The position numbers and the translations under genes are program-made. This document shows positions 48,130 to 59,760 of a stretch of DNA of 64,000 bases, in pieces (positions within the stretch are counted from its first letter, which is position 1; each line of letters begins with the position of its first letter). The notes under the pieces are model-generated. The model worked only from the letters and a program-made list of their open reading frames with translations, was not told the DNA's origin and did not search any database. The DNA is from Selaginella moellendorffii (taxonomy: Eukaryota > Plantae > Lycopodiophyta): NCBI RefSeq assembly GCF_000143415.4, contig NW_003314263.1, positions 1,638,749 to 1,702,748 of the forward strand, given 5' to 3'.

Positions 48130-48695
48130 GAGTCATTGCAGGGTGCCGCCTTGGATCCGGCTGGATGCACCACACTCCAATGCAAAGTAGCTTCTTGGCC
48201 TTAGAGGTAGCCTCCATTTCCTGCCGCACCTTCTTCCTCTTCTAACATCTCCATTAACTTCCCAGATCGAAGCTTCTCATGCCGCCAGGAACTTTGGGCT
48301 CCTCCCGCAAGACACACAGGTATGGAAAGCTTGTAGTCCGGTAGCCACTTCCAGCACAAGGCAAAGCTGTAGACGTCCAGTTTGTCACTCACTTTCATCT
48401 GCAACCATTCCGGAGCCTCATTGGCATGACATCGCTTAGATCTCCTTGCTCTACCATCCTCCACCTCGACAGTCCAACGTCTGCTATCTTGACACCAAAG
48501 TTCTCAGCCAGGAGTGTGTTTTGGGGATTGATAGCCAAGTGGAGGACTCTAGTGCTGCATTCCTCATGGAGGAAGCAAATTCCACGAGCAATCTCTCGAC
48601 TATCCTGAATCTCGTGTCCCAGTTGTGCTCTTCTCGCGACTTGTAGATCTACTTGTCTAGGGATCCGTACTTGTAAACCAGGAAGTGGTGTGATT
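48130..48695 (-). pseudogene. S-domain RLK kinase fragment
   Basis: LHEECSTRVLHL, APEWLQ; fused directly to a PPR copy at ~48700. Confidence 0.85.
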
Positions 48696-48699
48696 CCTG

Positions 48700-50880
48700 G
48701 GCATTGGGATTTTTCGGCGCTGGGATTTTTCCGGGGCTTGGATCTCGAGGGCGTGGCACCGGATTCCATCAGCTTCGTGAGCGTTCTCGATGCCATTGCC
48801 GGGATCGAGGAGCTGGATAGAGATCTGGCAAGGGCGATTGCCATGGAAGCAATCCAGCTGGGAATTCACACCCAGATCGCTGTCGGGACGGCGCTCGTTG
48901 TGGTTTATGGAAAGATTGGCGAGGCCGAGAGCGCGGAGCATTTCTTTGATCGGATCATTGGCAGGAATGCGATATGCTGGAACACCATGCTGTCCGCGTA
49001 TGCCCAATCAGGGAATCTTTGCAAAGCGCGAGAGTTCTTCGACCGAATGCCTTACGTTGATGTGATCTCCTGGACGACGATAATTGATGCCACATCTCGC
49101 CATGAACGGCCTCAGGAGGCAAAGGATCTCTTTGATTGCATGAAACAAAGAGATTTGGCTGTCTGGAACGCTCTACTTTCAGCATTTGCCAAAAAGGGGC
49201 ATGTTTTGGAGTCTATAGATTTGTATGAAAGACTCCCAGCCCACGATCTTCGTTCAAGAACATCACTGCTCATAGCTTATGCTTCGAAAGGTGACATGGT
49301 TTCGTTGCTTGAGATATTTCATGATAACATTTGATAATGATGACTAATACGCTCATAAGCATTTGTGAAAACTTTAAACCGTCTTTACAACCTTGATTAT
49401 CAGATTGACATCTCATTAGTCGATGGCATCTTTCATATTGTCTCTCTTGTGCATAAGGAGGAAAAACTTAAACCAATCATAGGTTATATTCGAGCCGTTC
49501 ATTAGCTATCTAATTATAAAATTATAGTCTCTAGCATATCCGTTAACAACATTTACTAATTAAAATTTAACGTTACTAATTTAGAGTTAGTCGTTAAACA
49601 TTTAATGTGGGCGTGACTAAACGCGCCAGAGGAAGTGAGGAGTGAAGAGAGGGGAGGAAGTGAGGAGTGAGCATGGCAAAGGGGCAACCACGTAAGAGAG
49701 GAGGGTGCTGTATTATGCATTTCTCCCGAGATCTTTCCTCGTGGAGCATCGTCGCTAGAGCTCAAGCCCAGCAGGGACACTTCGATCAAGCACTGTTCTT
49801 GCTCGAGATCTCGCCAGAGATCTCTATCGCGGCATGCAACGCGCTCCGCGTACCTCCAGAGAGGCCACCTCGCCAGCGCGAGGCGGGTATTCGATCGGAT
49901 GGAGCAGCGAGACACGAGTTCGTGGAGCTCGATCATCGCGGCCTATGCCCAGCTCGGTCACTGCGAGGAATCACTTGCGCTGTTCTGGCAGATCGACACA
50001 ACACCCGGCCGCGCGACGTTCCTCGCAGCTCTCGATGCGTGCTCGGGCCTCTCGAGCCTCTCCCACTGCCGCCAAGTTCACGCAGCGGCGGATCACACTG
50101 GCTGGATCTCCGATCTCGCCGTGGCGACTTCACTGGTGGCGAGCTATGGAAAATGCAAGGGAGTGGAGGAATCCAAGGCAGTGTTTGATCGCATCGAGCA
50201 CCCATCCACTGTCTCGTGGAACTCTTTGCTAAGATCATATGCCCAAAACGGGCATCTCGCCAAGGCCGCGAGTTTCCTCGAGGAAACCATTCCTTCTCCA
50301 GACGTGGTCTCGTTTAACACGCTCGCGGCGGCTTATATCCAGCACGGGAGAGTGAACGAGGCTCTGGAGATTCTCACGAAAAGGATGCCCTGCTGGGACA
50401 GCTTCTCGCACAACACAGCTATGGTGGCGCATGCCCAAGCCGGGCATATCCACAAAGTGAAGGAAGTCTTTGAGAAAATGGAGGAGCCAAGCACGGTCTC
50501 GTGGAACACCTTGATTTGTATCTTCGTCCAAGCCGGGGAATGCGAGAGTGCTGCTCGGCTCTTTCACCAAATGGATCTGGAAGGCACCCAAGCGGACAAG
50601 GTGAGTTTCTTGGCTGTTCTTGACGCCCTTGGGAGGATCACCGCTCTCCAAAAGGGAAAGCTTGTGCATGGTGAGCTCCATCACTCTAGGTTTCAATCCG
50701 ACGTGATGACAAACAATGCCGTCGTCAACTTTTATGGGAGGTGTGGATGCCTTCGAGGGGCAAAGGTGGCGTTTGAGGCAACGACAAGGCAGGACGTGGT
50801 TTCATGGAATGGAATCATCTCGGTGTATGCGAACAATGGTCATTTTGAGGAGACTTTTGATCTCTTCTGGAGGATGAAGG
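48700..50880 (+). pseudogene. Near-identical inverted partial PPR copy, interrupted at ~49325-49725
   Basis: ORFs 48690-49334 and 49899-50966 are almost identical to internal parts of the 989-aa PPR; both ends are missing. Confidence 0.9.
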
Positions 50881-51174
50881 ATTTCTTGTTCAAGCTCCCT
50901 AAGAATACTTTAACTCTGGTCATGCAATCTTGGGTCGTGGGCCGAATGGGATCGCGGCAACATTGATGGTTCATGCTGGATGGATAACACTAACAAGTTT
51001 CATTCAGCGTAGATTTCCATCAGCCTAGTAGTGACATTCCCTTCATTTCTGAATAGTAGCTAATTAGCTTAAGCATGGACGTCCCACGCGATGCATGCAG
51101 GCATTGCCCAGCAGCAGCGCATATAAACCGATGCAAGCTTGAAATTGTAGCTCTCAAGTTTCAGTTCAAGAAAA

Positions 51175-51759
51175 ATGGCGAAATTGCTTGTTCTTTCCTC
51201 CCTCCTCTTCGGCCTGCTGCTCTTGGCGGCCGATGCATCTCAGCGTACGTGCGAACTTCTGCATTGCAATTTCAAGATTCTTGCTCTCTAATCTGTGGAA
51301 TCCATGTGTAGCGGTTGACAAGGAGAGCACCAGTGAGAATTACAATGTCATTGTCGAGGGACCTCGTGAAGGCAGCGAGGCTGGCCCTGGTCTCAACAAC
51401 GTTGTCACCCAGGAGCCCCCTGGAAGCACGGTATGATCAGGAGCTTTTGATTATGCGCCACTGTTTCTCCGTTTGTTAATGCTGTAGGCCTCCAAGATAC
51501 ATACTGCTGCCTGAAGGATGGTTTCGGATCATGTCTTCAGGAGTGCGACTCGGGCGTCAAGTACTACTGCTGCCTCAAGAATGGAGTCGGCAGCTGCCTG
51601 CAACTCTGCGACCCCAAAGTCAATTACTTCTGCTGCCTCAAGAATGCATTTCGCAGCTGTTTGCAGCTGTGCGACTTGTCCAAGAAACACTACTGCTGCA
51701 AGACGAACGTTTCTGGTTCCTGCGTTGGACTGTGCCCCAAAACGGTGAATCTGATGTGA
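51175..51759 (+). pseudogene. Cysteine-rich repeat protein copy B; apparent 1-nt frameshift in exon 2
   Basis: Exons 51175-51244, 51312-51430 (119 nt, versus 99 and 102 in paralogs), 51488-51759; C5 run at 51416-51420; exon 3 keeps all 16 Cys. Confidence 0.7.
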
Positions 51760-51864
51760 TTTTGCTTGATGAACATGTGTGAATGCATTCAAAGAATAAA
51801 TTGCTTCTGTGACAACCTTTCACTTTAACAAAACACCATTTGCCATCAGTGTAAAACAATATAA

Positions 51865-54800
51865 TCATCTTCTGGGCTTGGCGCCACCATTGCCTTTGCT
51901 CGCAGGCTTGCCACCTTTGCCTCTGTTCGCAGGCTTGCCACGTTTGCCTTTGCTCGCACCTTTGCCACCCGTCTTACCACCTTTTCCACCGCCTTTGCCA
52001 GGCTTGCCACTTCCTCGGGATCGTGAGTCCTTCTTCATGCGACGATCCACCACAAGCTTCCCTTTGCCACCCTTGACCCTCACGCCCTTCTTCGCCACAA
52101 CGAGCTCCCGCTTGGGACGCTTATTGGTCGTCGCCGCCGCTTTCTTGTAAACCTTGTCCATCATCCTGTTCTTGGACTTGTTCGAGATGTCCGGCTGATC
52201 GGCAATCGCCGCCGCTCTGCTTCGTGCTTGCTCCATTTTCTTCATCACCCTCCGCTTCTTGCGAGCCTTGGCCTCAGCAACCTTCTTCACGGGCCTGGCG
52301 TCTATCGCTCTAAACTGCGCCCTCATCGCCTGGACCTCTTCCTTGGTGAATGGCTTCTGAATCTTGCAGTGCCGCTTCTCGTCGTCCGCGAACCATTCCG
52401 GGAGCCCCTCGTCGTCGAACATGTACTTGTTGTAGGCGTCGTCGATGATCCTGTCTCTGTCCTTCTTCCGCAGCATCTTCTTGGCGTAAGTGAGGATCTC
52501 TGCCTTGGCGTCGCTGTCGTAGTCCTCCTCTTCGTCCGAGGAAGAGTCGGACGAACCACTCGGCTCGGCTGCTACAACCTCAAAGTCTTCCCGTGCTCTC
52601 TTGAGCTTTCCTGGCGCAACCGTGACATCGCTCGGAGGAGCGTCCTTGGCAGTCTTGTCCTTGTTGGTATCCGTCTCCGGGGTTTGATCTAAACCGGCGA
52701 AGATGTCTTGACTGAACCATTGCTGTGCAATCTGTTCCTTCGAGAGCTTGGCCTTGGGAAGCGACACGACCAGAGGATTGGCCTCCTCCTCCTCCTCTTC
52801 TTCTACTTCGTTTTCTTCTTCCTCAGAAGCATTCTCTTCCACGTCCTCCTAAGGATATTGTCAGCTGCTTGCAAGTTCTAGCACTTTCATTTGGCTTACC
52901 TCCCACAGCTTTTCGTCTCCTGCGTTAGCCATTCTTGCGCGTTTCCGCCGTGCAGTGTTGCTTTCAGTCTTGCTCCGGTAGCGTTCGTATGCACGATCGA
53001 GGAAAGATTCCAGCTCGTCGTTGTATCTGCGAGAGATTACGTTAACACTTCAAGGCGTAGTTCTTACCTTTCGCGCTCGACGTCAGAATCCACATCATTG
53101 TCTTCGTCATCCTTCCGCTCCATGTCCTGCTTACTCGTTTCATCCTTCACATTGTCATCGCTGTCCAACATGTCGTCATCCGCATCTTCCACCCGATCCA
53201 AGCTTTTCTTCGCCTGGAAAAGTGTCCAACATGAGCTCCTAGGCACAGACGAGAAAGCGGACAAACAAACCTTGATTGAGCCCAAAGAGAACAGATCCCG
53301 CTCGCCATAAGTGTCTCCCAAGACATCGACTTGCATCCCTGTTCTATTTCGTGCGTTTAGCTGCAGTGTTGTGGCCCATCAACATACACAACAACAAAAG
53401 ATAGACAAACAATATGTACCTTCTGTTTACGCTTGGCAGCCTTCTTCTTCGCCTGCTTGCTTTTCGAATCCATTAGAGACTTGAGCTCCTCCATTTTCTT
53501 TAGCATATCCTCGTCTTCATCTTCTTTTTCGTCGTCATCCTTTTCAGCAGCCTTATCACCCTCTGTTTCCTCCGAAGCTGACGTTTTCGAAAGAGCTTTT
53601 CGTACATGCAGGCACCACCTGAGAGAACCAAATGAGCATGAAAGACAACAGCCACGAGAAGTAGAACCTACTTCAAAAGTTGCTTGAATTCTTTCTTCCC
53701 CAGAACTCTAAGGTCTTCGCATAATGCTTTTATCTACAAGAAAAAAAGTCCTCCAAATCAAAACAAGCAAACGAGGATTAGATATGAACGTACCTCGTCA
53801 GTTGTTTCAGCGTGGTCTTTGATTGGCGAACTTTTCGGATCCTCAAACGAAATAGACGTGATGCTACCAAGAAGCTCTAGAGGTTTTTCGGACCAGACGA
53901 AGTCTGCTGCCGTGCAGTCTTTACGAAAAGTAGTGTTTGCGTCATCGTATCTGCAGAAAATAAAAAACATAAAACCAAGAGTCTATTTGACGTGAGAACC
54001 CACCCCTCGCGGTGACGTTTCTGTTTACTACTACGAAGAACGTCGATCACCTACACAATTTACTCGGCTTTAGCGCAAGCACCTTGTTTACAATAACAAA
54101 ACCCACCTTTGGGGGCTGAGGAATCTCTTCAAATAAAAAGCGAGGGTCCAAGTTACGCGGATCGATTTTCACGGGTGCCAGATACTTGAGACCAACCACG
54201 TATATTTCAGCTGATGTCGAACGACTTGCTATGGGTTTCGTGACTTCCACCTTGGCAAACAGCTACCAAACGATACAAGAGGCAATGAAATATCACTCAA
54301 AAAACCATGACAAACATACCTGTTCAAATGCATACTTCAGCGCGTTATAATCTTGGGATCGAAAAACCTGCAAGAAAAACCAATTTTGGGAATCAGAGAA
54401 GAAGGAAAAATTCAAAAATGGAGGAAGAAGAAGAATTCTTCGTACCTTGGTGACAAACGTTCCTTTGGGAGCCAGAAACTTGGTAGCCAACTTCAAAGAA
54501 TCCAGGACAAGAGACGACTGCGTCATGGCTTCTTTGGCCCAGGCACCTCCCACATTGGGGGAGCCATCGTGGAGCACAACATCGACCATCCTCAACCCGT
54601 TCTGGTCGAGAATCTTCCCAATATCCGACGCGCATTTTGGAGTGGTGATATCGCCCTGGAGCGACAGCGCCCCTCTCACGGGACGAATCGGCACCAGATC
54701 CACGCCGATTACCACAGACCTCACGGGCATCTTCTCCACGGCCACCTGCATCCATCCCCCGGGCGCCGCGCACAAATCCAGCACCGAGTGCGCCGAGCTG

Positions 54801-54922
54801 AGGAAGCCATACTTGCGATCGAGCTGCACGAGCTTGAATGCGGCACGGGAGCGGTAGCCCTGCTCCTTGGCGAGGTAGTAGAAGCGATCCAAGCGGTGCT
54901 TCCCCTTCTTCGCCTTCCCCAT
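51865..54922 (-). CDS. SPB1: Pre-rRNA 2'-O-ribose methyltransferase SPB1/FTSJ3
   Basis: [56 protein letters not shown]; C-terminal [34 protein letters not shown]. Confidence 0.96.
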
Positions 54923-55087
54923 CCCTGCAAGACCTTCGAGGAACCCTAAAACCCCACTTTAGGTTTACAAGAAATATTCTGGTGGATATTCGAGCGCTTT
55001 TAAAATGAGTCAGTCGACATTGGATACAAGCAAATCACATTCATAAAGTCTTCCCTTCTTGGGTGATATGCTAGTTATTTATCTTAA

Positions 55088-55130
55088 GCATGCATCGCGT
55101 GGGGATGGGGACGCCCACGCGATGCATGCA
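55088..55130. promoter_or_regulatory. Palindromic element with two RY-like CATGCA cores upstream of copy C
   Basis: 16-bp perfect inverted repeat 55088-55103/55114-55129, ~15 nt before TATAAA. Confidence 0.55.
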
Positions 55131-55205
55131 GGCATTCCTCCTTTATAAACAGATGCAAAACCTTGTATTGTCAAGCATAATATTTCTGATTTCAGTTCAA
55201 GGAGA

Positions 55206-55809
55206 ATGGCCAAAGTTCTTCTTTCCGCCCTCCTCTTTGGCCTGCTGCTCTTCGTAGTGGATGCATCTCGCAACACTCAGCGTACGTGCAAACACTTCCG
55301 CATTCTTGCAAATTGTTTCTCTAACCTGTAGAATGGCTCTAGTGACTGGCAGGGAGAGCGATGTGACTTACGTCATCGATGGGCCTCGTGAAGGTAACCA
55401 GGCTGCTGATCTCAATGTTATCATCCAGAACACCCCGAAACACGGTAACTTAAATCACGTTATGATCTTCCTTGTTGTGATCATGAGCTGTCCTTGTGAC
55501 ATTGATTATGCCACTGCTTTTCCGCTTTTGATGCTTGCAGGCCTCCAAGATACATACTGCTGCCTGAGGAACGGCTTTGGATGTGTTCAGGAGTGCGACT
55601 CCAACATCAAATACTACTGCTGCCTGAAGAATGGATTCGGATGCCAACAGTTCTGCGAGGAAAACGTTAATTATTTCTGCTGCCTCAAGAATGGATTTGG
55701 CAGCTGCCAGCAGCTCTGCGACTCGTCCAAGGAACACTACTGCTGCAAAAAGAACGGCTTTGGGAGCTGCACTGGAATGTGCCCCAAAACCGTGGACCTG
55801 ATGAAGTGA
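55206..55809 (+). CDS. Secreted cysteine-rich repeat protein, copy C (148 aa)
   Basis: Exons 55206-55281, 55343-55444, 55541-55809 in frame; four CCxxNGFG(S)CxxxC repeats. Confidence 0.9.
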
Positions 55810-56251
55810 TCTGCGTTTGATGAAAAGTGTATGCAACATCTGGAATCAAAAGCTTATAATTGCTGATACTCTTTACAATTTTTTCGCTAGACATTTACGT
55901 TTTTCAACTGAGTTTGTAAGTTCCCTTTTAGCATAGCTTGCCATGCCACTCCCGCTGGATCGTCCATTGGGAGACAGTAGTAGAACTGGAGACGTTACAG
56001 TCCCCTTTGAACAAGGTCTCAGCGCCTCATTTAAGTAAATCGTAAGAAAAAAAAACTTGGAAGCTGTTATAGTCCCATGTGCTCCACACGTGAAAGGTTC
56101 TAAGAATATCTTATTTTATGAATAATTGTTTAAACTTGAGCTTTAGCTCGATTCATAAGATCGTCCCAACACACCTTGCGCTTTCTTCTCATGTCTTCCA
56201 ATTCCATGCTTATATTCATTGCCGCCTTGTTTCTCAATTGTCTAGCGCATA

Positions 56252-58455
56252 ATGCATCGTAGTTGCGTCTCGATCATACTCGTGATCACCACCCTGCTCG
56301 AAGCTCATCTCGTAAGATCACAGGAATCCACAGCCAAGCCAACACAAGCTGGGTACTCAATGACACTGGAAGCGCCATTGTCCTCCAAGCTCGAATTACA
56401 CTTGGCTTTACCACCCCTAGGAGCAAACCTCGCAAGAGTCTCAGTTCTACTTGTCAGTCTTCCTCCCAATGGACGCCATGGAACTATCCAGCAGCGGTGG
56501 CATGGCGAACTACGCGGAAACCTGTCCGGAAAGGAGCGTACCGCGACCTAGTGCTGAGCGACGTCGATGAAAGCTTTGTGTGGTCGACCAACACGGGCCT
56601 CGAGAGCTCTGGAATCTCGTAATCCGGAGCAAAACTGGAGCTTTGCTGTGGCAGAGCTTTGATCATCCCGGTGATGCTATGCTCCCTGCCAGCCTCTAAA
56701 ACCAGGGATGAAGTTCTTGATCGCTTTGAACTCCAGTATGTTGGGATATTTTGGAGAGCTCTGGAGCTCCGACGAGGAAGGAAGAAGAAGAGATATCTTT
56801 TCTCTTCCTCGTCAATAGCAGCTTGGAAATCCACGGGACGAAAGGTGTTATGTGGTCCACTCCAACGATCGGTGATGTTACTGATCAATACGGATACCAG
56901 TTACTCAAGATCTACTCGAACGGAGAGCTCCATTTTACCTCGAGATCATTCAGCAGCAGCAACAGCACGAAGAGCATCGACTTAAAACCCGCAGTTATTC
57001 GGGAACAGCTTGCTTACTCGAACCTGTGGGATCTCGTTCCAGACAGCTGACAGATGCCTCTGTCCGGAGCTCAAGAACGACACCAGGAGATCGTCATCCA
57101 TGCAGTACGTTTCTTCCGGGGACAAGGAGAGATGCAGGCCCGAAAATGAACCTGGAAGAACCTGCGAAAACTCGCAACATTACTACATGCTCGAAGCCAC
57201 AGTACGATACTTCTACAAACCTCTAGATTTATCCAGTGCGCTCCACAACGTCTCCAGCAGCGTGCATGGCCCTGTGTATCAAAAACGGTTCGTGCAAAGC
57301 AGTGCTAAGCCAGGAGAAAACGAGTACCTGTTTCCAGATGAATGAAGTTTTTGCTTTGAACAGAACTCGCAACGTCGCTGATCAAGCTTTGCTGTTTTCG
57401 ATCAAGTTGTACCAAGCTGGAGATCTTCCAAAGCTCTCAGCACCAGGCAGCTCGCAGAACAAAGTAGCCAAGCAGCAGAAAAAGGCAAAGCCAGCCATCG
57501 TCGCGGCTTTCCCTGTGGCAACCATGGCTATAGTCATCATTGCAATGGTGATCTGGAAGAAACAGATAAACTCGTACCTCAAACACTACAAACCATCGTT
57601 TCCATCCGGTGCTATGGACGTGGTTCGCGTCTTCACGTACCCGGAGCTCCACACTGCAACCAAAGCCTTCAGTAAGAAAATCGGAAGTGGAGGCTTTGGC
57701 ACGGTTTTCAAAGGATACTCTCGGATGGATCCAAGGTTGCCGTCAAGCGTCTGGAAAGCTTCTCGAGCCAAGGATACAAGCAGTTCAAGGCGGAGGTGAG
57801 GGCGATCTGAAGCATCCATCACAAGAACCTGGCAAGACTCAAAGGCTTTTGCTCCCAGGAATCACACCACTTCCTGGTTTACGAGTACGTAGCAAACGGA
57901 TTGCTAGACAAGTGGATCTACAAGCCGCTGGAAGAGCTCAACTGGGACACGAGATTCAGGATAGTCGAGGAGATTGCTCAAGGGAATTGCCGAGGAATGC
58001 AGCACTAGAGTCCTCCACTTGGATATCAAGCCGCAAAACCTACTCCTGGACGAAAACTTTGGTGTCAAGATAGCAGAGTTTGGACAGTCGAGGATGGTAG
58101 AGCAAGGAGATCTAAGCGATGCAATGACAATGATCTGAGGAACACCCGGATACATGGCTCCGGAATGGTGAGAGACAAACTGGACATCTACAGCTTTGGG
58201 ATCCTTGTGCTGGAAGTGGCTAGCGGACTTCAAGCTTTCCATACCTGTGTGTCTTGCGGGAGGAGCCCAAAGTTCCTGGCGGCATGGGCGTTTGAGAAGC
58301 TTCGATCTGGGATGTTAATGGAGATGTTAGAAGAGAAGAGGGCCCGGCACGAAATGGAGGCTACCTCTCAAGCCGAGAAGCTGCTTCGCATTGGAGTGTG
58401 GTGCATGGCAGCGCCCTGCAATGGCTCAAAGGAGTGCCCTAAAATTTATTATTAA
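56252..58455 (+). pseudogene. S-domain RLK pseudogene, copy 2 (retains signal peptide)
   Basis: MHRSCVSIILVITTLLEAHLVRS; EGF/PAN cysteines; TM; KIGSGGFGTVFKG; frameshifts; TGA at 58136-58138. Confidence 0.9.
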
Positions 58456-58592
58456 GGAGTTAAAACTTTTACTTTAATTTGTTAGGTTTTGTTTTACTTT
58501 GAATATTTGCCCAATTTTTTCCTTTTAATATGTATAATACATAAATAATATTACTAAAACATTGCTATTCTTTAAATGTCCACTTTAGAATC

Positions 58593-59252
58593 ATGGTTTT
58601 TTTTTTTAATCTTATTAAAGAAGTAGGAAGAAAAAATAATTATTACTCAGTGTTTTTGAAAAATGGTAAATCCTTAAATATGACAATATCATTTTTAAAT
58701 GCCCAACCAAATAGTAGATGGAATACCTTTCCTGATTTAGTATAACAAGTAGAATTTACAGATATGATGGTTGGTTTTGTTATGGATGATTTTGTAAAAT
58801 TTGGATCGGCAAAATATATCAATGGACAATTTACCTTATCATATCAGCTTGATTCAGATTATTTCCACATGAAGTAAAGCTTACTCACAATCACATAAAA
58901 ACGATTTCAATATTTATAAGGTATGCATAAGAAATGGACCACACCGTTCTGTCTTTTCTACATTGTCAAATGGGAACTTTCTGAAATCTCTAAATGGTTT
59001 ATTCATGCTTGACATGCAACTGGACTGCAATCTAGTTTTACATACAAAGAGTGTAATTGTTTGGAGTACTCACACAAATAACAAAGGCAATGGATGTTTT
59101 CTAAGGTTGCAAAAAGATAGTAATCCCAGTAAATGCTGTACGAACTAAACGACCGTGTACTTTTCATCATAGATTACCATGTTGATAACTCTGGACATGT
59201 TATAGTATACAACACTGTAGAGCAAACTTGTATATGGCAATCACCAAGATGA
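58593..59252 (+). pseudogene. AT-rich bulb-lectin gene, copy 3
   Basis: Same sequence as 46950-47612 with a premature TAA and a short internal inversion at ~59125-59180. Confidence 0.75.
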
Positions 59253-59270
59253 GAATTTAAAATCTAGCAT

Positions 59271-59760
59271 TCACTCTACACAAATATGAGACAGAAGACA
59301 TAAGTTGATGCTCCAGAAGCTCTTGCGATGGCGCTTGGACCAGCCATGTTTCCAAGCCGATTATTGCCATGAGTTTTACAAGCCCCAAGCAGCGTCATGT
59401 AGGCAATGGAGCCCGGCTCGATTGACATGCTATCGATCACCTCTTGGACCTCATCAAGCCGGCCAGTTCGCCCAAGCAAATCGATCACACACATGAAATG
59501 CTCCAAGTTTGGAGCTATGTGATGATCGAGCACAACAGACTGAAACTATGCTTACCACTCTCAAAGAGCCCGGCGTGGCTACATGCACAGAGAACACTGA
59601 CAATCGTAACTTCGTCCGGATCAAGCCCCTCATGCTTCATCCTCCAGAAGAGATCAAAAGTTTCATCAAAATGACCGTTGTTTGCATACGCCGAGATGAT
59701 TCCATTCCATGAAACCACGTCCTGCCCTGTCGTTGCCTCAAAAGCCAACCTTGCCCCTCC
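59271..59760 (-). pseudogene. PPR 3'-end fragment
   Basis: HFMCVIDLLGRTGRL, LLGACKTHG; frameshifted. Confidence 0.85.

Noticed and set aside
39900-58455. A currently functional self-incompatibility-type locus
   Set aside because: All receptor copies carry frameshifts or stops; only historical linkage can be proposed.
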